From positions 17,236,001 to 17,300,000 of the forward strand of contig OZ365110.1 of the NCBI GenBank assembly GCA_977030845.1: a stretch of DNA of 64,000 nt. Direction: 5' to 3'. Both the position numbers and the translations under genes were made by a program. Source of the DNA: Fimbriosthenelais zetlandica. Its lineage: Eukaryota. Below the pieces are notes generated by a model. The model was given only the letters and a program-made list of their open reading frames with translations. It was not told the origin of the DNA and ran no database searches. Positions 41,271-53,700 of this stretch are shown one piece after another; the first letter of the stretch is position 1, and each line of letters opens with the position of its first letter.

Positions 41271-43985
41271 AAATGCTGGCTCTGGTTGGCAAGGTAAACA
41301 TACAGGGTAAGGTTTACGTCTGTCAGACGAGCTGGTCTAGAGGCGGGTCATGGCTGACATGGGTTCACTATGTCTACATTGTCACTTGTTGGAGCATGAA
41401 TGACCTTTACCTCCTCCTTCATGTTCTCCAACGTTAAACATTCATACAGCCCCGCGTGTCAAACCATCATATTTACTTCTTGACATAATTTATATCCCGG
41501 ACTGAAGTTTGATATTCAATTTTAATTCCAAATCAATCAGAGTGGGACAGGGCTAATATGAAAGGGACGCACCAATGTGGTTCTTTGCCTTGCCAGTTTT
41601 GGAATTGTGTTGCGGTTAATATAGTCTGACTTGAGCAAATTGAGCACAAAAAATATAGTGCAAATCTCAGCAGCAAATAACAATGTGAGTGGACCAGCAT
41701 GCTCGTTCATCACACATTCCTGTCACTTATTGATAAATCATCCATAAGAGAATATGTATTCCTTATTGTCTTAGATTGCCCGCCTTGATTTATTCCCCTG
41801 TCTGCGTTTTTCCGCCCCCGGATTTGTTGGATCAGATAGAGAAGTATGGTGGCCGGCTATCTGATTGTACCTCACCTTGCTCCCCCCACCATCCACACCA
41901 CAACCGTACACAGCCCCAGCCCTAATCGAGTTGCTCTCTATTTACTCACCGGCTCTAGCTACTTGCTGACCCACACCAATCTTATTAGTGCCTTCTTGCC
42001 ACACCGCCTCTTACCCCGGTCTGTCTTGTGTCATGAAAATCGCCACACCTCACGCCTTCAACAACAAATAACTCATGGATCTACAATCCATCCCCCATCC
42101 ATATCTCCCATCCCCAGCACCTCATTCATACATACAACCTTATAACCATAAGTGGACTTGTACCCTATGGTCTCCAATCCAGCTACTGCCTTTTGGATGA
42201 GTGGGTGGCATACTTTATGAATATATCACATGCCTAATACTTCATGTATTATTTGCACAATAATCCATTATTATTTAAGATATTATATTAGCTCAGGTAA
42301 TTATTAAAAAAAAAAATTCTGCAAACGTAAAACACTATGATTATGAGGGAAAATGTGTTTGGCAGTGTACTGTACACAAATTATATATGCAGAAAGTGTT
42401 TTCCTTAACACATGGCCTAGACGTTTCATGCTATTATGATATTCAGGGATCCAAGTTTCTTCTCGTAAAGTCTAACTAAAGGTTGGATAAAGGCCAAACA
42501 CAGATAGGTGGGGAATGTCAACGAGCTCATATAACCATTTCACAAGTTATATATTTGTCACCAAATAGTAATCAAACTCCTGGATAATTGAGAACATAAT
42601 TGTAATTGAGAAATAGTTCAATGTTCATTGGGTGATAAATTTAAGAATGCCTTATCTCAGAATCTGTTAACAAGGTTTGTCAGCCATGCACATAACGTAC
42701 ATTGAGGAAAATACTGGGCTCTTTGCCCTTGGATCGTTGGTAAAAATCCATATATATAGCAATTTTAGACCTATAATATAAACACTTTAAAAGTTGAGCT
42801 TCCTCGAAACTTTTCCTGTTGATAGAAAAATAATAAGAAACAAAATCATGACACAATCCATTATGAATTCAGAATTTATTCTGCTAATATCTTTTATAGT
42901 ATCAAAGCATGGAATTTTCTGAGTGTCATCAGCAACCTATACTATACAATAGAGATATCACTGAGCCTATTGGTCATATATACGTCAAGAAATAACCCAC
43001 ACAGACGCCCATATATCAGTACCTAGAACATAGTCGCACCATTAATAATGGTTAACACAACATTATCACCTGGCAAAGATACGAAATTGCAATGGATTTC
43101 CATGTATTACACACCAAAACTCCCAGCCATCTAGGAAGTTGAAAAATTTCCCCACCAGCCTGCCAAGTTTAGCTCATTTTGTTTTAGATGTTGTGCACAC
43201 ATCGAACGAGGCAACATCTCGTACGAAGTCTCGTGCCATGGCCTCGAGCGAGAATTGCTAGTTAACAACCTGAGCTTGGCAGATCTACCTGCGGTTAATA
43301 TATTCCCTCTAGGTAATGATGTGAATTGTAGGATGGTATCAAGGAACAAATAATGATTTATTTTTCTCTTACCATTTCTTATTCAATTTCATCCATGCTC
43401 CAATGAGCAAGCACAATGAAATAAGACCGATTAAGCATAATGAAACCAGGCATATCTCCATAAAATTTCAAGATTGCAAAAACAAAATAAGCTTCCATAC
43501 GTTCATGCAAAATGAGTCCGGATCTTTTAATTAATTTATCCTCTCAACAAAAGTTCTGCCATTAGAATGCATTTACACGCTATACAAACCTTAACCCAAT
43601 CATAATATAGTTAGAGGCTGACGGTTAGAATTGGTCATGCTTTGCTTACTGACACAATTATTAAGGATATTCTGGTTGGAAAATGGGAAATAAATTAGTG
43701 TCAGACTCTTTATATGTATCACTACCTGTGTGGGCCAAGCACCAAGAGATGACACCCCCCTCAGGTTCCTAGCAAATGGAAAAATAAGAGCGAGTAAATA
43801 AATAAATCATTATGACCAAGTTTGCATGAGGATAATGACACACAGAGAGTCCAGCTAGGTCGTGTGTCAAGCGTGCCAACAATGACCATCCACTGCCCAG
43901 GGGTCATTTTCTCCTGCTCTGTCCGATGCTGACCGCTCTCAGACCAGACCCGTGGTCCATGCATCCACAATGATAGTCAACTCAC

Positions 43986-44090
43986 GATCACTGTCATTTT
44001 GTCCATTGCCATTCATTGTGTAACCGTATTCAGCGGGGCAGATGTCCCTTCTTGTTTGCCTGTCATTTGCCTTCATATCCATGCAGATAT
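43986..44090 (-). CDS. Candidate 105-nt phase 1/1 exon, unknown product
   Basis: ATAATTTTTCAG acceptor ending at 44091 and GTGAGT donor from 43985. The open frame reads (D)ICMDMKANDRQTRRDICPAEYGYTMNGNGQNDSD. No partner exons found. Confidence 0.2.
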
Positions 44091-45216
44091 CTGAAAAATT
44101 ATGATTTTGTTAAAGATCTCAGTCAACATTTCAAAACTATTTTAGAATTGCATTAGCCGAATTAGTAAATTGTAGCAATCATATTAGTGTTATATTATCA
44201 TCCAGGAAATCATGCAAATCATGCCTGGCCTATGTATTTGAATCATTTATTTCCATCCAAATTTCTTCTGATATTGATTAAAATATAAAGCTATATTTAT
44301 ATGAGCATGGATTTCATGGCTCCCCAAGCATATTATCTCAAGGGGTCATTTGAATAATTGCAGAATAAATATAGCTTAACTGTACACGATAGCTTCTATG
44401 ATTATAATGATTCAGACCTCAGGGTGGTGGGGAACACCTCCTGTTTCCCATCGCTTCTGACACTTAAAGAATGCAATGTCCACCTGGGGTGACCTGCCAC
44501 TTTTAATGAAACCCTGACCATATACAGAGCGTCCATACATGAAGGAGTGGCGTGAGGAGCGGTCAGTGGGCGTGGTCAATGGCCGGAGCCTGCTGGTCAA
44601 CGGCCTCTAATGGCGCCAGGTATAGCCCGAGATATGTACATACATATGGGGATCTTTGACATTTATTGCTATGTACCACCCTCATATCCACCCTGAAAAT
44701 GCTGTACAAGTATCCATATACATGGACCAGTGTCAAACATGATTCATATTTGCAATGATAGATCCACATGCCAAATGGATTAGAAAATGAGAAAATCATC
44801 TCCATGTGTTTGGATCATGGCAAATAAACTAGAATGGCATATTTGATTGAAATTTGTATCATATTTCTTTGACGTATCGGACACAATTTTATAAACACAT
44901 GCCAATGTTAAGACTCTGTGCTCAAGTTTTATGAAATGGCCATCCTATGCAGTACAATGTATATGGAAAGCTTATTCTATGTACAGATGTGCGGATGATA
45001 CGTTATATTGTCAACCGCATTGTCGTTAATGGGGAGAGAATCGAGTTGGAAGCCTGGTGCTTTGAGAACAGACATATGTACACAAATGACGAGGGTGTTC
45101 ACCCACCCACTGACTCCCTTAATGGTGCTGTGTAGGAAGATTTCTATGTAATAATTGACCATCTGTTTCTTCATTCACCCTCCACACACCACACCTGCAA
45201 ATATACAATGGTTCCT

Positions 45217-45435
45217 AAACATACATACTCAGGGGTACCTAAACACACACTGACTGGTACATAAACATATATATATTCAGGGGTACCTAAACACAAACTG
45301 ACTGGTACATAAACATACATACTCAGGGGTACCTAAACACAAACCGACTGGTACATAAACATATATATATTCAGGGGTACCTAAACACAAACTGACTGGT
45401 ACATAAACATACATACTCAGGGGTACCTAAACACA
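45217..45435. repeat. Minisatellite of alternating 46- and 48-bp units (94-bp higher-order repeat)
   Basis: Units start at 45217 (46), 45263 (48), 45311 (46), 45357 (48) and 45405 (partial). Core is AAACATA(C/T)ATA..CAGGGGTACCTAAACACAAACTGACTGGTACAT. Confidence 0.95.
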
Positions 45436-48400
45436 ACTAACGGGTACCTCAACAAACTCACTGGTACCTTAATTAACTCGAACACACTGGTACTGAAGCA
45501 AATATACTTAGTCAGTGATCTACTCACTCATGCACTTCGGTACCCAAACATGCATTGGTACTTAAACACACTCGTATCCACTCAAAACACGTCCTGTGGA
45601 CGTAACAAAATAGGCAAGGTCCACTTAAAGTGATGTCCAGTCCTACCCCCATCTCTCTCTCCCTCCCTTGCTCTCTTCCCTCGCTTTCTCTCCCTATCTC
45701 CCCCATCTCTCTCTCTCAAACTCTTCCCTCTCAATGACGTTGTCAAAGTAGAGATCGATGTTGAGCTACCTCTCAGGTGTATCTACTCGTCTCTGGAGTT
45801 TTCCTGAGAGAGGTCGTCAGGTACGGGCGACACAGGTAGCATGCCGTGAAGTGCATTCAGCAAGCTTTCCATCTAGCTCTACTGGTATAAACTTATACCT
45901 TTAGTATTTTATGTACACCCACACATTATTTGATGCAGAACTTAAAATTTTCAGAAAGTTGACCCCTACAGGGGAGAGGTTCATTGAACTTCACTTCCAT
46001 TTAATATTAGATTTAATTCCGCTGTGTTTGTGCTATTCTCTAATTGTGTGATCTAAATACGGAATTGAATTTATTAGACTAGAATTTGTAACAAGTTGAA
46101 AAAACATTGTTGGCGCAATTACCATTTGGAACCCTGATACTGAAAATTGCTCTTTGTGTGAAAACCTGAAAAGTTCGACATGATAATTCCAACGGATAAA
46201 GTTTATGGAAAGTGATCGCCACTTTGCTATACATTTATACATGAAGGACCTCCTCAGAATTATCTGTTGAAGCATCTATAGATATGTATACGTATACACT
46301 GCAATAAGTGCTGCTAATTGCTGATTCAAAGTACCTGAAAAAGTGACAATATTGATAGGGGAAGCACTTAGGGCAGTGAAAACCTCCAGAGGTGAGGATC
46401 TAATAGCAAGATCAAAGTCTGCCTACCACGATCAAACAAGTGCTCTACCCGCGCTCTCTATACCATACGTCTTCTACCTGAACAACATAGATTGGTCCCT
46501 GGATCAAGATGCTTCAGGGAACCTTGGTGTCTTATAAGTAAGCTATTATGAGAACTCTATCTTTAAAATGCTGACTCTTCCAAGTTATTTTTAATACCAG
46601 TATTGTGTTTGGCATCTCTGGTATCAATAGGGATTGTTATGTTGGGCATATCCGATTTTGTGTTAGGGAAAAGCTGTTTTAAGAAAGAGATGCATGCGCT
46701 TGCTCCTGCCGGATCGCTTTTATTCGACGTAGAGCAAGAGTAATGACTAATCCAACTGACTGTGGCAGTTCAGGGACTGTTTCACAAATGGAATTAGTCC
46801 ATAGTCTTGTCATTGACTAATGTATAGTGCACCTCTACTGTGAAACAGACCATACTAGTAAGCTAACTCTTGTCTGAAATATTGATTTTCCACATATGTG
46901 ACTAATGATTGAAGCAATAATATTGTACTTTGTATTCACCAATATTCCTGAGCCATTGAATAGAAAACACAACAGATACATTGAAGAGTTTGGATGTCCA
47001 TGATCAACTAACCAAGTCTACTTCTACACAGATAAACGATGGTTGGTTTGGTTTAAAGATTAGTGCTACAGGACCATGCTTTATTGACGGTGCCCCTCTC
47101 TTTACAACCCATCCATGCAATGAAGCCATAGCTTGCAATTTCCTCATTGCAGCAGACTGAGATGCCCATTGCGTGTTGCAGGATGCGTAGGGACCTAAAC
47201 CAGAGTACATATGTCCAGATCGATTATTAAACAGACCATTCACTACCCACTAAAGAGACCACCAAACAATTTTGCATGGAACTATAGCAGAGTTCGGTAA
47301 TGCTACCATTTCCTATATATTACATCGGGTTCACACAGGGCAGATTTATTGTATAATGCGTTGTCCTCCCTTTGAAAAGTGACTGTGGAATTGTGCAAGA
47401 TTCCCTCTGTGAATATGTGATGTTATAGTGTTGCTCGTATGCATTGAATATGGGGGATATCTTAATATGATAAAGCAGCATTGAGCAGCCAGCACCCGAC
47501 CCCTACATTCACCTTGACATGGGTAGCATGTTAAATCGTCCACATTAGAAGCTTTTTTATGGTGCTACATGCATGTTAAAGTTTCAAACATCTATTGGCA
47601 GGGACAGGAACAAAATCGATCTGAACCGCATTGAATTTAGCCTACTACATTTTCCCTACACATCTTCTCCATACTCCATTCTACTCCAGGGTTTATCACA
47701 AATGTTGTTCTCATTTAGGAGAATTTTACATAAATCTCAAACAATATATGTAACCTGCAACCAGTAACAATGGTTCTAGTGGTTGAGATTTCAGATTGTG
47801 CAAGAAATTTTGTCTGTAATTAAATTGCACCAGCCGTATTTGGTTCCAAGAAAATATTGATTCAAATCCACTCGTAGAGCAAAGTGATACTTGGATAGAA
47901 AAAAAGTGAAAATAGTCTATCCCAATTTTATATTCAAGTCAAGATAGCTTGATAAATTATGCAGCAAAATGATCAATAGCCACATATAAGTGACTCTGAA
48001 ACCAGTTGTGACACAAAACGCCCACACAATCAAACCTCATAAATGAGAGAGGAGGCTAGTGAAGGCCATATATATAAACGCCCCAACTTGATAATATGTA
48101 CCCATCCAAACCCATTATAAAGCCTCATATGGTTTTACCTGTGTGTTGTAATACCCCCACTATTGCCCCATCAGTCGCAGCCTGGGGAGCGTTGCATAAA
48201 AAATCTCATCATCGCATCTCATCATGGTCCCTAGGCAAATCTACCATTGCTCTATTCAAAGGGAAATTACTATAGAATAAATTCATCCAAGTACTTGAGA
48301 TCATTCTTGAGATTAAATTTTGCCAAGCCTTACATCTTAAAGAGTTGTATTTATGAAACACTCCCCTGCATTAGGCTGACCCAGGTGATGCAAAAATGAC

Positions 48401-49914
48401 AGCATTGAACCAGCAATACATGGATGGATCTGTGAGGTACCATCGACTCACTGTAGATAGATGGAACTCTAGCCGTGTTCACACCTGCTACAAAAGACCA
48501 TAATGTTGCATCATTTCTTCGTCTCACACCCACCTCACAATGATGGTGATAATTAGGGGACTGTTCATTGTTGTAACGTATTCACGTCCGGCCGCCATGT
48601 TGGACGTTGGGTGTGTATTCTGATGCATCTCTAATAACCTGTTCACTCCTCACATAGGTTCGTATACGTAACATAGCACTATGTGAGTATACCTACTGTA
48701 AATGAATCATCGATTGATGGATTTCAGATGCTCAATATTATATATCAATCTCACCTATTTTCTGAGGATATGCATCGATAATGTCTGCAATTTCTGTAGG
48801 GCCTATGCATAAATGTATATGCATTCATGCATGGCAATTGCATGTAAATTTGTAGGTCTAATGAAAGTTTTGGCCAATGCACATATGCGTGATTATTTGT
48901 CATATACGTGCACAAAGAAACACTTTCCACTTCCCATGCCAGTTTGTGCATCCTTGGTTCTATTCAATATTTAAAAAAATACCCTGAATAGCCTGCAATT
49001 TACTAATCACCTTTAAGCTGAAGGCTCGGGGAGGAAATTGAATTTGTTTAGCGAAGGGAGGAAGGCATGTTTTGCTCGCACTTCTTTTTGCAGCTTATGA
49101 ATACTTGATTTGGAAGTCCTAGAGGCAGGGGCAGGGAGAGTTGGGCAAGTGTTACTTGCCTCCTCTCACTCAATGTTCCCCCTTCATTCTCCTCTCCCAT
49201 CATGCAATCTTTAGGCATGCCTCTGGGTTTAGTCGGCTTGAAAACAATTGTTTCCAGGGTGCTCTTCACACCAAGAAGAATCCTTTGATAGCGGACTATA
49301 ATAGAGCTATTCATCATAAGTGAAGTTGGTTGTCGAACAATCTGCCTGGTGTAAACAGCATATTAAAGTTAGCTACCGTTAAACGTTCGCTGCCTCACTT
49401 TTCCCTGTATTGTATACCGCTTTGTAATTAGTACTTTTTTTTTCGCTTAAAACCATCTTTATGTTTGAAAAGAATACATTTATTACAATATCTAGTTTAT
49501 CAAATAATTAGTGACTAGTCCATGTATATATTATTTTATTTCCTCAAACTGTCTATACTCATCCAAGTTAACTTAACCCCCAAACTAGTATTGAATAATG
49601 TACTAACCATGCAAGTTAAACCATTCTATATAACCTACATTCTGCTGCATCACAGCATTGTTGTGGTCTCCTTTCCTCAGTGATAGATACCTTGTGGATC
49701 AATACATGAAGCTACATGCAGCACAACATTATTCACACTTAACATCAAAACATAGATGATAGCAATAAGAGGAAGAGTCAAGTGTATAGTGTATAGGCTA
49801 TATTTGACATGTTATTATGCCAAAATTATTGCAGATCAGATTCTATCTTTAGATGCTTTATATATTAGAGCATATACCCAGCAGAATCGAGCGAGGGATG
49901 CAGTACAAATGTAT

Positions 49915-49995
49915 TGGACAGCCCAGGGATTGAACCACCCACGCCTCCATCCCAGTAACCAGAATAAGTTGGATTTCTAGCCAACTGAGCCAACT
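49915..49995 (-). mobile_element. tRNA-derived SINE head (Pol III A and B boxes)
   Basis: Minus strand has TGGCTCAGTTGGCTAG (A box, 49992-49977) and GGTTCAATCCC (B box, 49936-49926) at tRNA-like spacing. I could not fold a cloverleaf, so this is a SINE or pseudo-tRNA. Confidence 0.55.
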
Positions 49996-50708
49996 CAACT
50001 CAACACAGACTCTTTGAATGAAAATCCTTGATAGGATTATCTGGCCTGAAATTGCCAGAATTTATTGGCCTGACCCATACTAGGCATAGCCATGGATGCA
50101 TGAACAGTTCTGATAGCCCTCTAACCCCCTCACTCCTATATATTCCTATGATTCAACGGCTATACGGGGTATCAGTAGTATATGCATAAAACCGTTTGAA
50201 CAGGTTCGCCCAGACCTAGGAGCTGAGAGGCAGCGCCAGTCAGTGTACATGCGTGCTCAGTTCGGATGGACTTAACAGAGAACAAACTAATCTGTCCCAG
50301 AATATACTTTGAAAGATGCGGACCTTTGTTATGCCTAGAGAAAGTAATAAGGTTTTCATTTTTTTTAAATTTTGTTTTAGAACAGTGCATATTATATGAA
50401 GAAAAGCTAACATTATGGCCAATAGTTAATGAAGGCACTGTTGGCCATACTATTTAATCCCCCTGCCAATGGTTGCTACACAGAGTATAGGTCTGTTAAG
50501 CAGCAATGCATGGTACTCGCAGGCTGGTCATTCTGAGCACGCTGACCAGTCTTGATGAGTGAGCAGATACGGGGCCTTGCTTCCCTTTGATGCTGTGTCC
50601 GACTGAAGTGCTGACCTGTAAGGACATTCCCTGTCAGTATCCATTATGTTCACCCCTATACTCCGACCCCCACCCCACCCACTCCCGCCCTCACTCCATA
50701 TATTGCCT

Positions 50709-50726
50709 CCCCCCCCCCCCCCCCCC
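50709..50726. repeat. C18 homopolymer
   Basis: Direct count. Confidence 0.95.
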
Positions 50727-53700
50727 TGTGCTCCAACAGTCCTAGATTCAAGACATATATCATTAAATTATTTCCCGCAAGCACCAGATTTTCTGTCATA
50801 TATTGTTTTTTCATTCAAATATTTATACAGCATATCAATAAATCAACACTTCTGGTCATGACACAGGAAAGTATGAATCGTTTAGCCAGGGCAAGCTCAT
50901 AATTATATTAAATCTTTGGTTCAGCCCTCTTCCCATGAACTCTTGGTGGATCTATCGAATTGGTATAATGTTGAAGCTGGTGTTTTAGGTATATCCGGAA
51001 AAATGGAAAAGAAACGATGCTGAGCAATTGGAAGATGTGGTAGAGCAGCTGAAGGAGTTGCTCGGTGAAGAGCAGGAGAAGGGTATATAGCAAGAGAAGG
51101 GGCGGGAGCTGGAAGAGAAAGGGAGGAGGTGGGGATGTATGATTGAGAACTGGGAGGCATAGAGTGAGAGGGAAGGAGGAGAAGGAAGACTGGTCTTGAT
51201 CCTGCTTCATCCAGGCTACTGGAGGTGACCTAAATGACCTGCACGCAACTAATAACACCCCATCTGCTTCCTTGTGTGAGAGGTGGGGCTCCCTAGAGGC
51301 GGAGAAGGAAGCATGGCTTGGTAGTGGGGCAGCTGGATTAGCAGATGCTCAAGACAATACTATACCCCGGGCTTTTATGTAGCCTCGGGTTCCTTGATTG
51401 TGTCGGGGAGCTCGGCAGAGAGAAGAGAGAGTAGGGACATGGGTTTAAACTGGAGCAGCTGGTTAAGCAAATGAAGAGCTTTTGTTACTTCTATTTCTAA
51501 GCTGGTAATCTATGAAAGAAGGCCACCAATTCCCGACCTCTTGTCTCATAATAAGCACAGTATTTACACCCCAGGATATCGTTTCATTGTGGAAACCCTT
51601 GATTATGAAACGGGTAACCCCTGAGTAATCCACTTCAACCAGACCAAATAAACTCGCCTATTCACAGGAACAATAATTGTCTTTAGACAAGAAAAAGAAC
51701 AGGTCTAAACTTTTCACTTTGCTTCCCTTGTGAATTTATTTGGAGGCTGGAACTGGTCAGTTGTTGGTCAGTCAATACCCCCTCCCCCTCCCTCATCAGC
51801 TAGCCCCTGGTCAGTGTAGATTAGACCAGGAAGCCAATGGCCCTCAGTCTCTCTCTGCCTGGCCCCCATACCATGCACACAGTGTGTAGGACACAAGCTT
51901 GGCAAGGGCCAGTAGTGGTAGTCGGCTGGTAGGCCGGCATCATGGAAGCTGTACAACAACGGATCGAAGTGTGGACATGACCAGAAACCCTTTAGCCTCA
52001 CTAACTGTCCCCCTGAGAGTCATACCTCACGTTTACACTAACGCCAACCGAGTCCAAGCCTGCTTCTAAGACGGCCATGTGGCCAGAGGCATTTACACAT
52101 CTGATCCATCCTGCCTCCTCCTATACTCCTATTCTCCAACCATTCCAATTATTTTCCTTTTCCCATTCCCATCTCCTCCTTTCTTCTTTCCCTTTTCCGT
52201 ATGTTCCTCCTTTCCTTCTTTCCTTTCAATATACCCTTATATATAACCCCCCTTCTCCACTCCCGCACCCTTCCCCTCCCTACTGCAGTCACCACAGGGC
52301 GTTGGAATTTTGATAAATTTCCTTCCCCAAACACCTCGGAGGAGCATGGGAGGCGGGTTGGGGGAATGGGGAGGGGTGTTTTGGCATGGATGTTCAGGGT
52401 ATAGCTATACCCACAGTGGGGTGATGGCGGTTGTTGTTATGCTTGCAGCTGGGGGTGTTTATGAATATGGAAATATAAAGTCTACCTCTCGCACGGTTTC
52501 ATCAGCTTCATCCCTCATCATCATCCCGGTTGGAGGGCCACATGCAAATATGCGAGCATCGCGATCAGATTGCAGTTTGTATTGTGTGCACGGTTTTGCC
52601 TCGTGTTGCATTGACAATTGAGAGGGGAGACGCAGAGAGATGGTGCTATTTGTCTAGATGACATAACGCAGGCGAGGCCCTCCACCCATCTAGGCCGGGC
52701 CACAGAGTGGCTTCTCTTGTATAGAGTAGTATAGGAATGGGGACTCGGTGGAGGGCAAACACTAATCGCTAGCCAGGAGTCTTGTAGGGGAGAGAGTTGG
52801 ATGGTTCCTGCATCAATATTGAGCATCTCTCTCTTCCCCTCTCTTACTCCTCTCTTTATAAGATGCGATTTTATGAGTGATTCCTTTCTTCCTTTCATAT
52901 ATTATGGTGTACCTTTCTAACATAATTTGATCTCAGGATTGTAGTACATGTCTTTATATCCATTTTCAGTACTTCTATGTAAAACATAGTAGATCACAAT
53001 TTCTTATATAACCTAGTATTATATATACCCTTCTTAGTCTGATAGGTGGGAAGATTTCACTCGTATAGGCTAAGGTAATTTAAAGTTGCACAACTGCCTT
53101 TAAATAGGCACCGCTGATGTTCACTAAATGGAATAGATTTTTGGGGTGAAAGCCAAATGATTTTTGACAGGAGCCATTTAGCCCTGGCCTGGGCCTGCTC
53201 CCTTGGTAAATGTGCCATGTCATGAGTTAAGTGTGTTAGGCCGGCTATTGCCACCTGCACGTTAACTGATGCGGCACTATCTATAACCCTTACATTTCAA
53301 CCCTGCTCAACCCCTCAACTTTCTTATCTATCAGCCTAATATGGACGCCTCCGCCCAATTCCACACTTCAGCCGATAATCAATTTGAAAATCGCCTCCGT
53401 TTTGAAAGATCTTCTCGAGATAATTTAGCCCACTCACTTTGTACATAACCTTGAGTGACGGACATGTCCTATATATACGCCCAGTTTTTTCTTTATATTT
53501 TGTTCTTTTATGGATATACAGTAGGCCTATAACCCACCAACCTTTGGGAGAAGTTCCCACCTTGCCGTCCCTTTCCATACTAACTGGTTTTATAAAGATG
53601 GAGGGCTACCCCGTATAATGTCCTTTTATAAAGCCTATAAAGGGATGCCTTTCCCAGCCCTGATTGGATTTTTCTCCCTTTTCCGAGAAGAATGGTGTGA

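Noticed and set aside
45217-45435. CRISPR-like periodicity
   Set aside because: Units are head-to-tail with no unique spacers, the context is eukaryotic and there are no cas genes.
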